Assembly (NCBI GenBank): GCA_964012435.1
Contig: CAXGSM010000010.1
Span: 1 to 50,315 of the forward strand
Direction: 5' to 3'
Source of the DNA: an uncultured bacterium
GTDB lineage: Bacteria > UBP7 > UBA6624
DNA: 50,315 nucleotides
Shown one piece after another: positions 48,080 to 50,315 of the stretch; position 1 is the stretch's first letter; the number at the start of each line of letters is the position of its first letter. Made by a program: the position numbers and the translations under genes. The notes under the pieces are model-generated. The model saw only the letters and a program-made list of their open reading frames with translations, had not been told where the DNA came from and did not search any database.

Positions 48080-48361
48080 ATGCCTACAAGAAAATTTGAA
48101 GTTAAAGGTAGAGTCCAAGGTGTTGGTTTCAGGTGGTTTACTAGAACACAGGCCATAAGTTTAGGACTCTCAGGTACTACTCGAAATATGCTTAATGGTG
48201 ATGTTGAAGTCGTTTTGGAAGGGTCAAGTAAAGATCTTGCAAAAATGAAAAGTTTACTTAAACAAGGACCTCCTTCAAGCAGGGTTGATGAAGTTGATTC
48301 GAAGGAAGTTAAAGAAGATTTAGGATTGGGTTTTGAAATATTGCCAACCTCTTCTGAATGA
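48080..48361 (+). CDS. acyP: Acylphosphatase
   Basis: V.GRVQGVGFR, G..RN..G.VE, GPP.SRV. Confidence 0.96.
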   Translation: MPTRKFEVKGRVQGVGFRWFTRTQAISLGLSGTTRNMLNGDVEVVLEGSSKDLAKMKSLLKQGPPSSRVDEVDSKEVKEDLGLGFEILPTSSE

Positions 48362-48735
48362 AACTTGACCATACTTCTACATCAGAAAACCTTAAGCAGA
48401 GTTTAGCCAAGAATGACCGCAGAAAAGCGGAATACGCAAAAGCTCTGTCTCGTTTAAATGCTCGTAAAAAATTGATAATTGATTTGTTGAACCCTGAATT
48501 AACAATGCAGCAAGCTGCTTTGCTTTTAGGTGTTTCTCACACTACTATAAGAAGGGATACTGAGGCAGGTATTCTTAGATGTCATAGAACTGCTGGCAAC
48601 CAAAGAAGATTTAAATTATTAGACTTATTAGCATACATGGACAATAGAAATGGTTATAATCTGGCAAGTCTTATGAACTCAACAAATGATGAATTGAATC
48701 AAATCCATTCAATTTTGGAAAATTACGAAGAGTAA
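48358..48735 (+). CDS. MerR/excisionase (HTH_17, BldC-like) DNA-binding protein
   Basis: [19 protein letters not shown]...G.L...RT.G.QRRF winged HTH, flanked by N- and C-terminal helices. Confidence 0.85.
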   Translation: MKLDHTSTSENLKQSLAKNDRRKAEYAKALSRLNARKKLIIDLLNPELTMQQAALLLGVSHTTIRRDTEAGILRCHRTAGNQRRFKLLDLLAYMDNRNGYNLASLMNSTNDELNQIHSILENYEE

Positions 48736-48751
48736 TTTTTATTTTTACATT

Positions 48752-50315
48752 ATGAAAAATATTAGAAATATTGGCTTTATTGCGCATATAGATGCCGGAA
48801 AGACGACAACTTCAGAAAGAGTTCTTTTTTATTCTGGAAGACTTCATAGATTGGGTGAAGTACATGATGGTACAGCAACTATGGATTGGATGGAGCTGGA
48901 GCAAGAACGAGGAATAACTATAACTTCTGCTGCAACTACAACAGAGTGGAAAAATCATCAAATCAACATAATAGATACACCTGGACACGTAGATTTTACG
49001 ATCGAGGTTGAAAGGGCATTAAGGGTTCTTGATGGTGCTGTTGTTATAGTCAGTGCAGTCGAAGGCGTCCAGCCTCAATCTGAAACTGTTTGGAGACAGG
49101 CCACAAGAAACAATGTTCCTAGGGTTGTTTTTGTTAACAAGATGGATAGAACTGGTGCTAATTTTGAAAATGCAGTTCATTCAATAAATGAAAAACTTAA
49201 ATCAAATGCGATTCCTATTCAGATGCCAATTGGATCTGAATCGGAATTTACTGGCCTTATAGATCTTATTGAAATGAAAGCTTATGAGTATGTAGATGAG
49301 AATGGTCTAGATTTTAATGAAATTGCAATTCCGGACGAATTAGAAGACGAAGCTTTCATAGCAAGAAGTATACTGCTCGATTCTTTGGCAGAATTTGATG
49401 ATGATCTTATGACTTTGTATCTTGATGAAAAGGAAATTCCAATAGCTTTAATGAAGCAGGCAATAAGGACTGCTACTATCAAGCAAGGTATCGTTCCTGT
49501 TTTTTGTGGATCTAGCTTAAAGAATAAAGGTGTTCAAATGCTTTTGGATGGAATTATAGATTATCTTCCGAGTCCTGTTGATATTGAAAAAATTCCTGCT
49601 TATGACAAAAATGGAGATGAAACTTCTGTAAATGTTAATGATGAAAATTTATCAGCGTTAGCTTTTAAAGTCGCTACAGATCCATTTGTAGGTAAACTCA
49701 TTTTTGTAAGGATATATTCCGGAACACTTAAATCAAAAGATCAAATATATAACCCAAGAACTGGTAAAACTGAAAGAGTGGGAAGGCTTCTAAGGATGAA
49801 TGCTGACAGGAGAGAGGATATCGAAGAGCTTGGGCCAGGAGACATTGGTGCGGTTATTGGTGCAAAGAGCTTTACAACCGGAGACACTATGACAAACAAG
49901 GGAAACTCTCTTTCACTTTCAAGAGTTGTTTTTCCTGATCCTGTTATTTCAATATCTTTAGAGCCTAAGAAAACTGCTGATTTGGATAAATTAGGAGAAT
50001 CATTGTCGAAGTTAAGTGAAGAGGATCCTTCATTTAAGTTTTCTGTTGACCCTGAAACAGGCCAAACGGTTATTTCTGGAATGGGAGAGCTGCATCTTGA
50101 CATAATAGTCAGCAGGTTGCTTAGAGAGTTTAAATTAGATACAAATGTTGGAAGGCCAAAGGTTTCATATAGAGAATCAATATCTGCTTCAAGCACGGCA
50201 GAGGGAAGATATGTTAGACAGAGTGGAGGAAGAGGCCAGTATGGTCATGTTGTTATTGAGATAGAGCCTAGAAAAAAAGACAAAGATCAAGTTTTGGAAT
50301 TAGAAGATCGTACAA
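48752..50315 (+). CDS. fusA: Elongation factor G (partial, runs off the window; not in ORF track)
   Basis: [65 protein letters not shown], with the 5' and 3' motifs in the same frame. Confidence 0.97.
   Translation, partial: MKNIRNIGFIAHIDAGKTTTSERVLFYSGRLHRLGEVHDGTATMDWMELEQERGITITSAATTTEWKNHQINIIDTPGHVDFTIEVERALRVLDGAVVIVSAVEGVQPQSETVWRQATRNNVPRVVFVNKMDRTGANFENAVHSINEKLKSNAIPIQMPIGSESEFTGLIDLIEMKAYEYVDENGLDFNEIAIPDELEDEAFIARSILLDSLAEFDDDLMTLYLDEKEIPIALMKQAIRTATIKQGIVPVFCGSSLKNKGVQMLLDGIIDYLPSPVDIEKIPAYDKNGDETSVNVNDENLSALAFKVATDPFVGKLIFVRIYSGTLKSKDQIYNPRTGKTERVGRLLRMNADRREDIEELGPGDIGAVIGAKSFTTGDTMTNKGNSLSLSRVVFPDPVISISLEPKKTADLDKLGESLSKLSEEDPSFKFSVDPETGQTVISGMGELHLDIIVSRLLREFKLDTNVGRPKVSYRESISASSTAEGRYVRQSGGRGQYGHVVIEIEPRKKDKDQVLELEDRT

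Noticed and set aside
110..48372. Remaining short ORFs nested in or antisense to recognised genes
   Set aside because: No motifs or independent start signals; expected shadows of long coding frames
48358..48735. Prophage or ICE marked by the excisionase-like gene
   Set aside because: No integrase, att repeats, phage genes or compositional shift; flanks are housekeeping genes
49282..50196. Minus-strand ORFs of 66 and 151 aa
   Set aside because: Antisense shadows of fusA
1..50315. CRISPR array, rRNA, IS element or riboswitch
   Set aside because: No spaced repeats, transposase or intergenic space long enough; the longest spacers are under about 70 bp

Overview
This is an AT-rich (roughly one-third GC by eye), very compact bacterial core-genome window read in the standard code, with many overlapping stop/start codons and almost no intergenic DNA. 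It holds the rpsB-tsf-pyrH-frr-uppS-cdsA-rseP-GT2-rimP-nusA-infB-rbfA-nrnA run and the tRNA(Tyr,Gly,Thr)-tuf-rpmG-secE-nusG-rplKAJL-rpoBC operon. Other genes are LPS genes in two places (lptB-lptF/G; kdsC-lptC), msrPQ, carB, an OPT transporter, gltX, a RidA-family gene, hflX, acyP and a 5' fragment of fusA. Three CDSs are missing from the ORF track (rpmG, secE, fusA), as is the 3' end of an SOD gene. I see no mobile element, CRISPR array or rRNA. The organism looks like a streamlined, oxygen-exposed diderm from a divergent lineage that I cannot name from sequence alone. The most unusual signals are: (1) a heavily remodelled transcription machine (1638-aa RpoC with three large inserts, one at the tip of the secondary-channel rim helices; an altered rifamycin pocket; a NusG insert); (2) a uL11 with an archaeal/eukaryote-like extra helix plus an Ala/Glu repeat and acidic tail; (3) several intact but apparently catalytically dead genes (ABC ATPase plus permease coupled to DUF212, M1 peptidase, PyrK fragment); (4) a perfect palindrome ahead of an acyP-HTH-fusA unit; (5) recurring leaderless-type promoter geometry. 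All family assignments come from motif recognition by eye; no searches were run.
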